This document shows, one piece after another, positions 8,476 through 19,515 of a stretch of DNA of 64,000 nt. Numbering within the stretch: the stretch's first letter is position 1; every line of letters begins with the position of its first letter. Under the pieces are notes generated by a model, which was not told the origin of the DNA, did no database searches, and saw only the letters and a list, made by a program, of their open reading frames with translations. This DNA comes from an uncultured delta proteobacterium (GTDB lineage: Bacteria; Desulfobacterota; DSM-4660; Desulfatiglandales; HGW-15): NCBI GenBank assembly GCA_963707125.1, contig CAVPOU010000004.1:84241-148240 (forward strand), given 5' to 3'. The translations under genes and the position numbers were made by a program.

Positions 8476-10497
8476 CTACTGTCTACTGTCTTCTGTATTC
8501 TTCCCTTCGCTCTTTGCTGGAGCACAACTCTGGTCATCCGGGGCTGGCGGGAAATAGACCCTGAACGTGGTTTCTCCTGACTTGAGGCAGTCCTCCCGCT
8601 CCCTGCAAAACCGGCACTTGCTGATTCTTCCGGGGCAGAGATCACTGTCTTTGGGGATGAATCCGCATCGCGAGGATTCCATGTCGATTTCGAAGCTGAA
8701 CCGCTCGGCGAAAATCTTCATGCGCAGGAGGTCTGCTCCCTTACCTCCAGCGTAGAAGTCAAAAGGTCTCTTCGAGGAGTAGGCCATCGTATCATGGGTG
8801 GTAAAAAAACCTTCGAAGAGTCTTTTCTGATTCTCCTCCGTGATGCCGATCCCGTAGTCATGAACGATCAGCTCTCCTCCATCCCCTTTCCGATGAACCG
8901 TGATCTCGATTTTTCCTTCATCCGGAGTCGCCTCTATCGCATTCCGGAGGAGCCCATCCACCACTTTTTCGAGCACATCCTCCGGCACGCAAATGTTCGG
9001 CACCGATTCAAGATGAGTGGCGATCTCCACTTCCCGGTAAGGATACTTTGGTCTTAAAGTCTCGATCCTCCATTCCACAAATCTTTCCAGGGAGAATTCG
9101 GAAACCTTTATCTCCTTGGGCCCGTAGAGCTCTTCGATCTTGTTTTTGATCCTGTCAATGATTGGACCTTCTCCCACTTCCTGCACCACAAGAGTTTCAA
9201 GCTCATCCGTGCACTGCTCCAGAAGCATGTTGAGAAGATGGTAGGTCCGGTACTGCCTGTCGGCCATGATGTCTTCCACCTGGTACTGAATCCCCAGGAT
9301 GCGATCGAGGTTTCGCCAGGCTCTCTCGTAAGTCTTTTTCCAGCCTTGTTCCGGAAGATCTTCCAATTTTTTCGACAGGATGTTCAGGCTTGCCATGAGG
9401 ACTGAAACCGGGGTCTTCAACTCGTGGGAAAGATGGTTAATGGCCCGATCCTTGGCGCGGTTCAAACTCGCGAGTTCCTTGTAGGCTTCCGTGACCTCCT
9501 TGGCGTACCTCGCGTTCTCGATGGAGAGCGCCACGGTGCCGGCAATGAGATTGAGACGTTCCACGTCCGTCTGGTCAAAAACAGCCTTCCTCTTGTTAAT
9601 GGCACAGAGCACGCCAATGATGCGATCACCGCTCTTTAGAGGGACGTCCAGCATGTTGCGCGATTTGAAATGCATCTGGTCATCGACAAAGCCGTAGAAA
9701 TACGGATCCTTTGAGGTATCAAGGACAATGACCGGCTGACCCGTCTTGAGAACTCTTCCTGAGACCCCTTTGCTCGCGGGATACCGAACTTCCTTGGCTC
9801 TTCTCTGGGTGTCCCTGTCATCATAAGCCGCGCCCAGGAAGTAAAATTCTTTCTTCGCCTCATCCAGGAGAATCACGAGCGCGCCTTCCACCTCAAGAAC
9901 GCGTTTGATCTCTCTGCTCACGTAGTCCAGAAGATCTTCCAGACGAGGGTAGGAAGGCAGGGCCATGCTAATGCGGAAAAGAGCGTCCTGGGTCAGTTGG
10001 AGTTTTTTCTCCTGGGTGATATCTCTCAAGAGGACCACTTCTCCTGCCGGCTCGCCTTCCATTTCTGAAAAGACGGCGCCGCTCATCAGCACCTCGATGA
10101 CTTGTCCATCCTTGGTCAACCTCCTGCTCTCATGTCGATGGATCATCTTCTCATCGAGAAGTTTTTTGATATCCGCCTTGACCTGATCCTGAAGATCCGC
10201 CGGAACATAAGGGATGTGCTTCCCCTGCAACTCCTCAAGGGACCAGCCGAAGGTCTGGGTAAATGCTGGATTGAGGTAGCTCACCTTACCTTCCACGGTG
10301 AAGACCGCCATCGGGTAAGGGACAAAATCGAGGAGGGTCCTGTATCTCTTTTCAGCCACGCGGCTTGCTTCGTAGGCGCACCGGTAGTCATATTCAGACT
10401 CTTTCAGGACCTGCACCTGCTCGACCCTGTCCGGCTTCTTCTTTTTGCCCTTGGACGGCGATCGTTGCCCCCGGCCCTTGGATTTTGCGGTCATCAC
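8476..10497 (-). CDS. Sensor histidine kinase (PAS - GAF - HisKA - HATPase) with a Cys-rich insert in the ATPase domain
   Basis: 673-aa ORF. H-box HLSHELKTPVSVL. GAF-like segment (..VSGRVLKTGQPVIVLD..). ATP-lid residues GIGITEENQKRLFEGFF. C-terminal CGFIPKDSDLCPGRISKCRFCREREDC. No response regulator is adjacent. Confidence 0.9.
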   Translation of the reverse strand: MMTAKSKGRGQRSPSKGKKKKPDRVEQVQVLKESEYDYRCAYEASRVAEKRYRTLLDFVPYPMAVFTVEGKVSYLNPAFTQTFGWSLEELQGKHIPYVPADLQDQVKADIKKLLDEKMIHRHESRRLTKDGQVIEVLMSGAVFSEMEGEPAGEVVLLRDITQEKKLQLTQDALFRISMALPSYPRLEDLLDYVSREIKRVLEVEGALVILLDEAKKEFYFLGAAYDDRDTQRRAKEVRYPASKGVSGRVLKTGQPVIVLDTSKDPYFYGFVDDQMHFKSRNMLDVPLKSGDRIIGVLCAINKRKAVFDQTDVERLNLIAGTVALSIENARYAKEVTEAYKELASLNRAKDRAINHLSHELKTPVSVLMASLNILSKKLEDLPEQGWKKTYERAWRNLDRILGIQYQVEDIMADRQYRTYHLLNMLLEQCTDELETLVVQEVGEGPIIDRIKNKIEELYGPKEIKVSEFSLERFVEWRIETLRPKYPYREVEIATHLESVPNICVPEDVLEKVVDGLLRNAIEATPDEGKIEITVHRKGDGGELIVHDYGIGITEENQKRLFEGFFTTHDTMAYSSKRPFDFYAGGKGADLLRMKIFAERFSFEIDMESSRCGFIPKDSDLCPGRISKCRFCREREDCLKSGETTFRVYFPPAPDDQSCAPAKSEGKNTEDSRQ

Positions 10498-10674
10498 GTC
10501 ACCTCCCAGGTGTTCCCTCGTGTATTCTAGAAAAACTCAACCGGCCTTGTCATTACAATTCTCTTGCCCTCTTCAAAGGCTCTGTGCTATTCTTTCTAGT
10601 AAATACGCGGCTTTCCGCTCGCCGGAACCATCCTTGCGAGCGCCGGCGCCTCGTGAGTCAATGAGGAGGAATCC

Positions 10675-11367
10675 ATGAAGCGACTCTTCACCCCGGCTTC
10701 ATTGTGTTTTCTGTTTTGTTTTGCTCTTTTGTCTTTTTCCCAGGCTCAGACCCCTTCCGGACCTGCCATGGTGCTCCCCGAGAGATCCTTTGATTTCAGG
10801 GAAGTGGAGGAAGGGAAAGTCGTTGAACATGCCTTCAAGGTTTTGAACAAAGGCAACCAGCCTCTTGAAATCAAGAACGTGAATCCCGGGTGAGGCTGCG
10901 CCGTGGCCTACTATGATAGGTCCATCCCCCCCGGAGGGGAGGGAAAAATTACACTGAAGGTCGATACCAGAGGATACGAGGGCAAGTTCCGGAAAGCCGC
11001 TAGGGTCTACACCAACGACCCGAAAATCCCTCAGGACACGCTTATCATGGAGGCTCTGGTCAAAACGCCTATCGTGCTATCGGAGAGAATGGTTTTCCTG
11101 CAGGGAACCACGCAGGAAGCCGTCACAAGAGCCGTGGACATCAAAGGGGAGCTCAACAAGCCTCTGAAACTCGAGCCCGTCGACTACACCCTCAACGAGA
11201 AGGTGAAATTCAACATCGAAGAAGTTGCGAAGGGGAAGCACTACCGGGTCACCTTCACGAGCATCCCGAATGTGGGCAACTATTACCAGGGTCTCCTCAG
11301 GCTCAGGACAAGCTATCCTGAAAGACCGGAAGTCGTGATCCATGTGAGGGGGAAGTTCATCAACTAA
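10675..11367 (+). CDS. DUF1573-family secreted protein read through an in-frame TGA at 10891-10893 (candidate selenocysteine)
   Basis: ORFs 10675..10893 and 10903..11367 share one frame and are separated only by the TGA. GAGGAGG lies before ATG 10675. The N-terminus is signal-like. ..LEIKNVNPG-TGA-GCAVAYYDRSIPPGGEGKITLKV fits the DUF1573 SCGCT..PG..G.I pattern, with TGA at the first Cys. A hairpin sits at 10905-10922. Confidence 0.6.
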
Positions 11368-11447
11368 TGCTGACGGCTCTTCCTTGGAGTCTTAATCTGA
11401 GGCTTCTACGTAAAAAGTCCGAAAACGCCCTTTTCTGTCAATGTTAA

Positions 11448-11975
11448 ATGAACAATGATCAAGGCGAAATGATCTTCAGGAGAATGGATTTGGAAAAGCC
11501 TCCACGAAGCAAGAAGAAAAAGGAAGCAGTCGTAGAGATCTTTGCGGACGGGGCATGCAGTGGCAACCCAGGGCCCGGCGGGTTTGGGGTCATTTTGCGC
11601 TGCGGCAAAGCAACCAAAGAGGCATCCGGCTGTGCGCCTCACACGACGAACAACCGGATGGAACTAATGGGAGTGATCGAAGGCCTTCGTCTTCTTAAGA
11701 GACCCTGTAAGGTGAAGGTCATCTCCGATTCCAATTATGTTGTCAAAGGCATGACCCAGTGGATAAGGGGTTGGATTAAAAAGAAGTGGATGAATTCGCA
11801 GAAAAAGCCTGTGCTCAACAGAGATCTCTGGGAAGTGCTTCTTGATTTGAGCAAACCTCATGAGATGGAGTGGGTCTGGGTACCCGGACACAGCGGACAC
11901 AAGGAAAATGAGCGATGCGACGAACTGGCCAGAATGGCCATCAGACGCTGCAGCTCCCTGGAGGACAACAAATAA
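11448..11975 (+). CDS. rnhA: Ribonuclease HI
   Basis: [59 protein letters not shown] is the RNase H catalytic pattern (D, E, D, D). The start codon is uncertain; later Met codons exist at 11469 and 11484. Confidence 0.85.
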   Translation: MNNDQGEMIFRRMDLEKPPRSKKKKEAVVEIFADGACSGNPGPGGFGVILRCGKATKEASGCAPHTTNNRMELMGVIEGLRLLKRPCKVKVISDSNYVVKGMTQWIRGWIKKKWMNSQKKPVLNRDLWEVLLDLSKPHEMEWVWVPGHSGHKENERCDELARMAIRRCSSLEDNK

Positions 11976-12145
11976 TGGAAGCATTTTCAATTTAGGGCAG
12001 GTAGCAATCATCCTGTCAAGTGGTTAGCCATTGACGGGAACTAAAAATTGTGATATTTATATATTCCACAGTTTCCGAAATTGCCTATGCATTAGTTAAT
12101 TTTTGTTTTGTTTGAACAAGAAATACTGATTTATAGGAGTCACTA

Positions 12146-13123
12146 ATGAAATGCCCTAAGTGCGGTTATGTCAGCTTTGACTATAACCTGAGTTGCCCAA
12201 AGTGTAACAAAGATATCTCCTCTGAACAGGAGAAACTGCATATTCCCGCATTCAGACCTGACCCGCCATTCCTTCTTGGCGCATTGACCGGGGAAGTCAA
12301 TGAGTCTCAGATTGGTCCTGCTCCTGCGGCATCTCAGATTCCCTTTGAAAAAGAGGCAGATATTAGCATGGACGACTCCAGCTCACTGGACTCCGATGAG
12401 GTCTCTCTTGACGATTCATCTGAGCTGAGCCTGGATTCGGGCGAGCTCTCCCTGGATGACACATCGTCCATCTCCCTGGACACAGGAGAGGTTCAGGCTA
12501 GAGTTGCCAAGGGCTTGCAGAAGTTAAAAACCGAGACGGGCAAATCTGATACAGGGGACTTCAAATTGGAACCTGAAGAAGCTCTTCCAGACTTCGATCT
12601 GGGAGAAGAAGGCGAAGAGGAATTTTTGCTGGATTCAGAAGAAAAAGGCGAAGAAGAATTTTCAGTGCAGGAAGCGGCAGATTCCGAGCTGGATATTACT
12701 CTCGACCTTGAGGAAGAGGAAACTGAAGGCTCTGAACCTGCCTCAGACCTGCTGAGCAAGAAGGACAAAGAAGCCACCGCTCCAGAGCTTGAGCCGCTGG
12801 ATCTGGAAGCGGAAGAGACTCAAGGCAAAGAGGAAATTGAACTCAGCCTGGATGACCTCAAAATCAATGACACGGGGGAACTGGAGCTTGGGTCCGATGC
12901 CAATGCTTCAGATGAATTGGACAAACTCCTCGAAATGGACGAAATCAAACTCGATGAAATCCCTTTACCGGGCGCCTCTCCAAAATCAAAACGTGAAGCG
13001 CGCGTGGTCAGCGCCACAGCCCTAAAGAAGAAGGCCGGCGCCACGCCTGCGGATGACGAGCTTTCTCTTGACCTGGAAGACCTGGATCTGGACCTGGAAC
13101 TGGAGGACGCGAAACCTCATTGA
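12146..13123 (+). CDS. Zinc-ribbon protein with a long hyper-acidic tail carrying reiterated (E)LSLD motifs
   Basis: AGGAG lies 7 nt before the ATG. N-terminal CPKCG..x11..CPKC. The remaining ~290 aa are D/E/S/L-rich with SLDSDEVSLDDSSELSLDSGELSLDDTSSISLD and a terminal LSLDLEDLDLDLELED. Confidence 0.7.
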   Translation: MKCPKCGYVSFDYNLSCPKCNKDISSEQEKLHIPAFRPDPPFLLGALTGEVNESQIGPAPAASQIPFEKEADISMDDSSSLDSDEVSLDDSSELSLDSGELSLDDTSSISLDTGEVQARVAKGLQKLKTETGKSDTGDFKLEPEEALPDFDLGEEGEEEFLLDSEEKGEEEFSVQEAADSELDITLDLEEEETEGSEPASDLLSKKDKEATAPELEPLDLEAEETQGKEEIELSLDDLKINDTGELELGSDANASDELDKLLEMDEIKLDEIPLPGASPKSKREARVVSATALKKKAGATPADDELSLDLEDLDLDLELEDAKPH

Positions 13124-13124
13124 C

Positions 13125-13227
13125 CCTGATCACCAGCAAGCGCTCGCTCCTCTTTGCGGCGTATTGCTCCATACGCTCAGTCGTAGCTCCTGGGCGCCTT
13201 GCATCTAATGCCTTGCCGGTGATCAGG
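13125..13227. repeat. Family 2 repeat, copy 2 (103 bp, TIR CCTGATCACCAGCAAGCG / GCCTTGCCGGTGATCAGG)
   Basis: The ends are inverted repeats read directly. The interior ..ttgcggcgtattgctccatacgctc..gcgccttgcatcta is related to 8302-8420. Confidence 0.55.
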
Positions 13228-13335
13228 AATCCTTCCAAACCTCCCTCCCTTTATGCCTTTGGAAGTTAGGCCGTGAATTTGGATTGATCTTTCGCCTTGA
13301 CATCGGATCGTTGGCCGGTATAATTGGCCCACGAT

Positions 13336-13408
<73 letters not shown>

Positions 13409-13428
13409 TCTCACGAAAAATAAAAAGC

Positions 13429-13462
13429 AAGGGGCTGTCGCAAATCCGACAGCCCCTTTTCA
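13429..13462. terminator. Bidirectional rho-independent terminator between tRNA-Phe and the convergent alkylation-repair gene
   Basis: GGGGCTGTCG-caaatc-CGACAGCCCC stem followed by TTTT on the + strand. It is preceded by AAAAATAAAAA, which gives a T-tract on the - strand. Confidence 0.7.
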
Positions 13463-13486
13463 TTCGCCGGCAGGTTTACCCCCCCT

Positions 13487-14203
13487 TCATATTCTGCCTT
13501 TCATGAAGAGTTCTCTTTTGGCAGCGGGGAATCTCTCGATCGCATACCGAAGCATGATCCGAGGCATTTGCCTGTACTGCGCTCTCAAGAAGCTTTCCTC
13601 AGCGGCCGGGTCCCTTTTCCCCACCTCCCTGAGCATCCAACCGACAGCCTTGTGGATGAGGTCTTCTTGATCGGAGATGAGAATCTCTCCGATTCTGAGT
13701 GTATCATCGAATTGGTGACTCTTGATGAACTGAAAGGTCGCCAAGATCGCAACTCGACGTTCCCACAATACGGATGACTGGGCGAGTCTATAAAGAGGCT
13801 TTCTGTTCCTGTTCATCAAGAAATCGCCGACAATGTTGGGAGCAGAGAGATCAACAAGATCCCAGTTGTTGATCCATCGAGTGCTTTTCAGGTAGAGGCC
13901 GTAAATCTTCTTTTTTTCGGCTTCGTCTCCCCTCATGTATTTGCGGATAAGGATCAGCAGGGCCAGAAGCCTTTCCTCGTGAACTGAAGACTTGAGCAAC
14001 GCTTCCACTTCGCCAAGATCCAGTTCCCCGTATTCTTTGGAAAGCTTTCTGAGTTGAGGAACCATGACCCCCAGGAAGATGTCCCCCTCCCCATACTCCC
14101 CAGGCCCTGTCTTGAAAAATCTCTGAAGGGTTTTCGCTTTCTCTTTGTCTTCAAGATTCAGCAATCGTTTTCGGATGTCTTCTGCTTTCATTGCAGGCTT
14201 CAT
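13487..14203 (-). CDS. DNA alkylation repair protein (AlkC/AlkD-like HEAT-repeat family)
   Basis: ..KTLQRFFKTGPGEYGEGDIFLGVMVPQLRKLSKEY..WINNWDLVD..AVGWMLREVGKRD is the family pattern. The ORF is open to 14269; the start is placed at 14203 (or 14191) from typical length. Confidence 0.8.
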   Translation of the reverse strand: MKPAMKAEDIRKRLLNLEDKEKAKTLQRFFKTGPGEYGEGDIFLGVMVPQLRKLSKEYGELDLGEVEALLKSSVHEERLLALLILIRKYMRGDEAEKKKIYGLYLKSTRWINNWDLVDLSAPNIVGDFLMNRNRKPLYRLAQSSVLWERRVAILATFQFIKSHQFDDTLRIGEILISDQEDLIHKAVGWMLREVGKRDPAAEESFLRAQYRQMPRIMLRYAIERFPAAKRELFMKGRI

Positions 14204-14340
14204 CCTCCAACAAGCACGGGATGAAAAAGATTCGCTCAGCCGAGCGGGAAAAAACACGCCACGGCTCATCGAGTGAGATCCGGAATATACCTACTGTGAA
14301 TAGCAACGAGGTGGGGAACTCATCCGTCATGCAAGAAGGT

Positions 14341-14814
14341 TCACTGGATGAGTCTTTCGAAATCCGCATCGCCTTTCAGCTTCTTGAAGTAGCTCTGCGC
14401 CCTGGCTTTTTCTTTGAACCCCGGTTCGAGTTCAATGGCTTTTCTCAACCTTGAAAGAGCTCCTTCTTTCTCGCCTTTCATCGATTCAATACAGGCGATG
14501 ACATACCAAGCACCTGCAAGCTGCGGATTGATCTCCACAGCCTTGAGTAATGCTCCTTTGGCCTCCGGGTAGCGATGGGTCCTAAAAAGCTCCTTGCCCT
14601 TATTGTTCCAGAGGTCGCCAAGATGCAGACTCATTTGAGCAGCCTTCGCCGCGGCTTCCTCTTGGTCCATTCCCTCATCGCCGAACGGGAGTTCGGACGC
14701 GCCACCTATTCTCCTCCTGTCATCTCCAGAACGTCTGTCCCGACCGGTTCGGCGTTCATAGGGGTAAGGAAACATAGCGAGTCGCCTCTCTCCAATTGGT
14801 TTTTCAGAACGCAT
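14341..14814 (-). CDS. TPR-repeat protein
   Basis: 157-aa ORF. The C-terminal two thirds show TPR-like periodicity (..GKELFRTHRYPEAKGALLKAVEINPQLAGAWYVIACIESMKGEKEGALSRLRKAIELEP..). Confidence 0.7.
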   Translation of the reverse strand: MRSEKPIGERRLAMFPYPYERRTGRDRRSGDDRRRIGGASELPFGDEGMDQEEAAAKAAQMSLHLGDLWNNKGKELFRTHRYPEAKGALLKAVEINPQLAGAWYVIACIESMKGEKEGALSRLRKAIELEPGFKEKARAQSYFKKLKGDADFERLIQ

Positions 14815-14843
14815 AAAATCAATCTACCAAGATACATGAAATT

Positions 14844-15001
14844 GTAACTGCTCAGGTGTTTAGGCTGAAGGCTGAAGGGCAATAGTGATCATCCATGACA
14901 CAATCACCTGCCAAGGTATCCAAACGATCTTGGCTTTGTGTGATCGCGCATGTCTTTTCCTTCAGTCTATCTACCTTCAGTCTATCCACCTGAGTAGTTA
15001 C
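14844..15001 (+). repeat. Family 1 structured MITE-like repeat, copy A (158 bp)
   Basis: Terminal inverted repeat GTAACTGCTCAGGTG / CACCTGAGTAGTTAC. Arms GGCTGAAGGCTGAAGG versus CCTTCAGTC..CCTTCAGTC. Central hairpin ACACAA..CCAAG..CTTGG..TTGTGT. It differs from copy B at 4 of 158 positions. Confidence 0.8.
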
Positions 15002-15012
15002 AGAAAATCAAT

Positions 15013-15330
15013 CTAATGGTAGCTCTTTAGAATTTCTAAATCAACCAAATATTGACCTTTGAGCCTTCCCCCATCATTTCTCTTAATTTTGCGAACTGAG
15101 GTTTTGAGGTGCTCGGACGGGAGAATCGAGTCGGCATCGTAGTACTCCATACTCAGCAATTCCCCTTCCCTGAACTCAAGCAGAGCGGAGGGATCCTGCT
15201 CCGCCAGGAGGCACAGGTAGGTCGGTGATTTGTGCCAGACTCTGAATCGCAGAGGTCCAAACTCAACCATGCAAGCTCTACTTGTTTCCTGATTCGCACG
15301 CGGCACTTCGCGCAAGGTCGAAAGATTCAT
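15013..15330 (-). CDS. Hypothetical 105-aa protein bracketed by family 1 repeats
   Basis: ORF only; no motif I can name with confidence. It lies between repeat copies A and B, downstream of an AT-rich tract. Confidence 0.5.
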   Translation of the reverse strand: MNLSTLREVPRANQETSRACMVEFGPLRFRVWHKSPTYLCLLAEQDPSALLEFREGELLSMEYYDADSILPSEHLKTSVRKIKRNDGGRLKGQYLVDLEILKSYH

Positions 15331-15479
15331 GGCGGCTCTCCTCCTTTAAACACTCTGGTTTAGAGGGCGTATCTGCACAAAAGTACACTGCACTATCCAT
15401 GCCAGCAACAACCCTAATTCGAGATGGGGAAGATTTTTTAGTGCTTCTTATCATAAAAAGGGCTATATTTAGGCCCATT

Positions 15480-15630
15480 TTAAGGTTATATTATATTTAT
15501 TATAAATAATTATATATAATTTTGTGTGTATTTATTTGTTATAAAAACTACTTTTCTTGTTAATAAAGAACAATAATTGTCATATTTCATACGATTTTAT
15601 GGAAATTATCTGTCTACTTCAATGCAGATT
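15480..15630. promoter_or_regulatory. ~150-bp strongly AT-rich tract upstream of the 15013..15330 gene
   Basis: ttaaggttatattatatttattataaataattatatataattttgtgtgtatttatttgttataaaaac.. stands out sharply from the ~50% GC surroundings. A function (promoter/UP element, nucleoid-protein site) is only inferred. Confidence 0.35.
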
Positions 15631-15631
15631 T

Positions 15632-15789
15632 ATAACTGCTCAGGTGTTTAGGCTGAAGGCTGAAGGGCAATAATGATCCTCCATGACACAATCACCTGCC
15701 AACGTATCCAAACGATCTTGGCTTTGTGTGATCGCGCATGTCTTTTCCTTCAGTCTATCTACCTTCAGTCTATCCACCTGAGTAGTTAC
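15632..15789 (+). repeat. Family 1 structured MITE-like repeat, copy B (158 bp)
   Basis: Near-identical to 14844-15001 and in the same orientation. Confidence 0.8.
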
Positions 15790-15861
15790 GAAGAGTTATC
15801 GATTTGATTCAGCTATGTGGTATCGGTTTCAATCGCTTGAATCCGACCATCCGCTTTGAGC

Positions 15862-15893
15862 CAAAAAAATGGCCTGGAGAAAGACTCCAGGCC
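15862..15893 (-). terminator. Rho-independent terminator downstream of groEL
   Basis: GGCCTGGAG-tcttt-CTCCAGGCC followed by ATTTTTTT when read on the - strand. Confidence 0.7.
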
Positions 15894-15917
15894 AAAGAAC
15901 AAATGAAAGCGGACTGA

Positions 15918-17899
<1,982 letters not shown>

Positions 17900-18109
17900 T
17901 TTCCTGATCTCCTCCCGTTAAGTTTCAATACGTCTATGAAATGACACTCGTTGAAAAGGCAAAAGCCAGACATTCAAATCAAAGGCTGGGAATCCCTCGT
18001 ACTCAACCACAGGGAACCGCAGCCAATAACATCCTGGTTAAGTTTGATTATTTAACTTAATTGCGGCAATCGGGATGTCAAGAGCAGCCACAAAATTTAC
18101 TTGCCGGTT

Positions 18110-19069
18110 CTAGTGTTTTTCCCTGAGCCACCACTGAAGGGTCAGCCGAATCCCCTGTCCCAGAACGGTCTCAGGAACCCACCCCAGGCCGTCCCTTGCT
18201 TTGCCGACCACCAAGCAACTTCTTTTGATATCGCCGGGCCTGGCATTCTGGGCAGAGAGGTGAGAAAGCGCCTGCGGGAGGCCGGGCTTGATTTCCCTTA
18301 CGGCCTCATAGATGACGTTGTAAAGATCCAGGGTCTTCGTTTCCTTTCCAGTCCCTATGTTAAAGAATTCCCCCCCTCCCTGCGTAAGGGCCTTGAGATT
18401 CGCCTTCACCGCGTCACCGACAAAGCAATAGTCCCGAATCATGCCTTCGGGCTCTTCCGGGAAATGATTCAGGATGGAAGGCTTCCCCTCCAAGAGATTG
18501 GTCATGAATATGCTCACCACCCCTGCCTCCCCTTGTGGAATCTGGCGCGGCCCGTAGATGTTCGCATACCTCAAGATGGTGTATTCGAGCCCGTGCTGAT
18601 GCCTGTAATAGCCAAGGTAGAACTCCGAGCAGAATTTCGATATGGCATAGGGAGAAAGAGGTTTCGGCGAATACCTCTCAGAAGTGGGGTACTCTCCCGC
18701 CTCTCCGTAGATGGCTCCCCCTGAGGAAATGAAGATCACTTTTCTCGTGTTGTGTTTTACGGCATTCTCAAGGAGATTTAAGAACCCCCTGAGGTTGATG
18801 TCCGCATCGAAAAGAGGATCAGAAACCGACGCGGGAACGCTGATCTGGGCCGCATGATGATTCAGGATTTCCGGTTTTTCCCGGGCAAAAACCTCGCGAA
18901 TCTCCGGAGAGCGGATGTCCATTTCGTAGAAGGTTGCTCTGGGGTTCAGGTTTGACTTCTTTCCCGTAAAAAGATTATCGACGACCACGACATCATGTCC
19001 TGCCCCGATGTACCCGTCGACCACATTGGAACCGATGAACCCTGCCCCGCCCGTAACCAGAATTTTCAT
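18110..19069 (-). CDS. NAD-dependent epimerase/dehydratase (GalE-like)
   Basis: MKILVTGGAGFIGSNVVD Rossmann motif and a YAISK catalytic YxxxK. The start is set at ATG 19069; the longer ORF to 19123 runs into a hairpin repeat. Confidence 0.85.
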   Translation of the reverse strand: MKILVTGGAGFIGSNVVDGYIGAGHDVVVVDNLFTGKKSNLNPRATFYEMDIRSPEIREVFAREKPEILNHHAAQISVPASVSDPLFDADINLRGFLNLLENAVKHNTRKVIFISSGGAIYGEAGEYPTSERYSPKPLSPYAISKFCSEFYLGYYRHQHGLEYTILRYANIYGPRQIPQGEAGVVSIFMTNLLEGKPSILNHFPEEPEGMIRDYCFVGDAVKANLKALTQGGGEFFNIGTGKETKTLDLYNVIYEAVREIKPGLPQALSHLSAQNARPGDIKRSCLVVGKARDGLGWVPETVLGQGIRLTLQWWLREKH

Positions 19070-19113
19070 GAAGACCTCCACTTCAACGAACGCAGTTAAT
19101 TGTTTACCATTCA

Positions 19114-19166
19114 GCCCCCTCACCCCGCCCTCTCCCTAATCCTGGGGAGAGGGGAAGGGTGAGGGG
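19114..19166. repeat. GC-rich hairpin repeat (CCCCTCACCC..CCCTCTCCC / GGGGAGAGGGG..GGGTGAGGGG)
   Basis: ~21-bp imperfect inverted repeat around a taatcct loop. Similar CCCTCACCC/GGGTGAGGG palindromes occur near 22115-22180, 23618-23700 and 24925-25030. Confidence 0.5.
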
Positions 19167-19318
19167 AACTCCAAGATGCCAAAAGAAAAACTGCGTTTGT
19201 ATCATAAAAGCGAACCTGTGCCTACCATTTCCGGCAGACGCGAGTCAAGGATTTCTCGTTCTCTTTCCCACTAATGTATTGCAATGGGAGCCTATGTTGC
19301 CATAAATTGAGTTGTTTG

Positions 19319-19470
19319 GTAACTGCTCAGGTGTTTAGGCTGAAGACTGAAGGGCAATAATGATCATCCATGACACAATCACCTGCTAACCTGCCTGCCG
19401 CGCCCGCGGCGCAGGCAGGTGTCTTTTCCTTCAGTCTATCTACCTTCAGTCTATCTACCTGCGTAGCTAC
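19319..19470 (+). repeat. Family 1 structured repeat, copy C (variant central hairpin)
   Basis: Same arms as copies A and B. The central segment is replaced by a different hairpin, CCTGCCTGC-cgcgcccgcg-GCGCAGGCAGG. Confidence 0.75.
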
Positions 19471-19515
19471 GGTTCTTGTTTATTTGGTTGATTCCATTCT
19501 TTCCGGAGAGATTCT

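Noticed and set aside
15013-15330. A PilZ-domain assignment for the 105-aa protein.
   Set aside because: An RxxxR-like REVPR is present, but no downstream (D/N)xSxxG motif. The resemblance is too weak to report.
17900-18109. A CIRCE (HrcA) operator or a clear sigma-32 promoter upstream of groES.
   Set aside because: No TTAGCACTC-N9-GAGTGCTAA-like inverted repeat is present. Only a weak TTGACA..N17..AAGTTA candidate is seen on the minus strand near 18060-18090, which is not enough to call.
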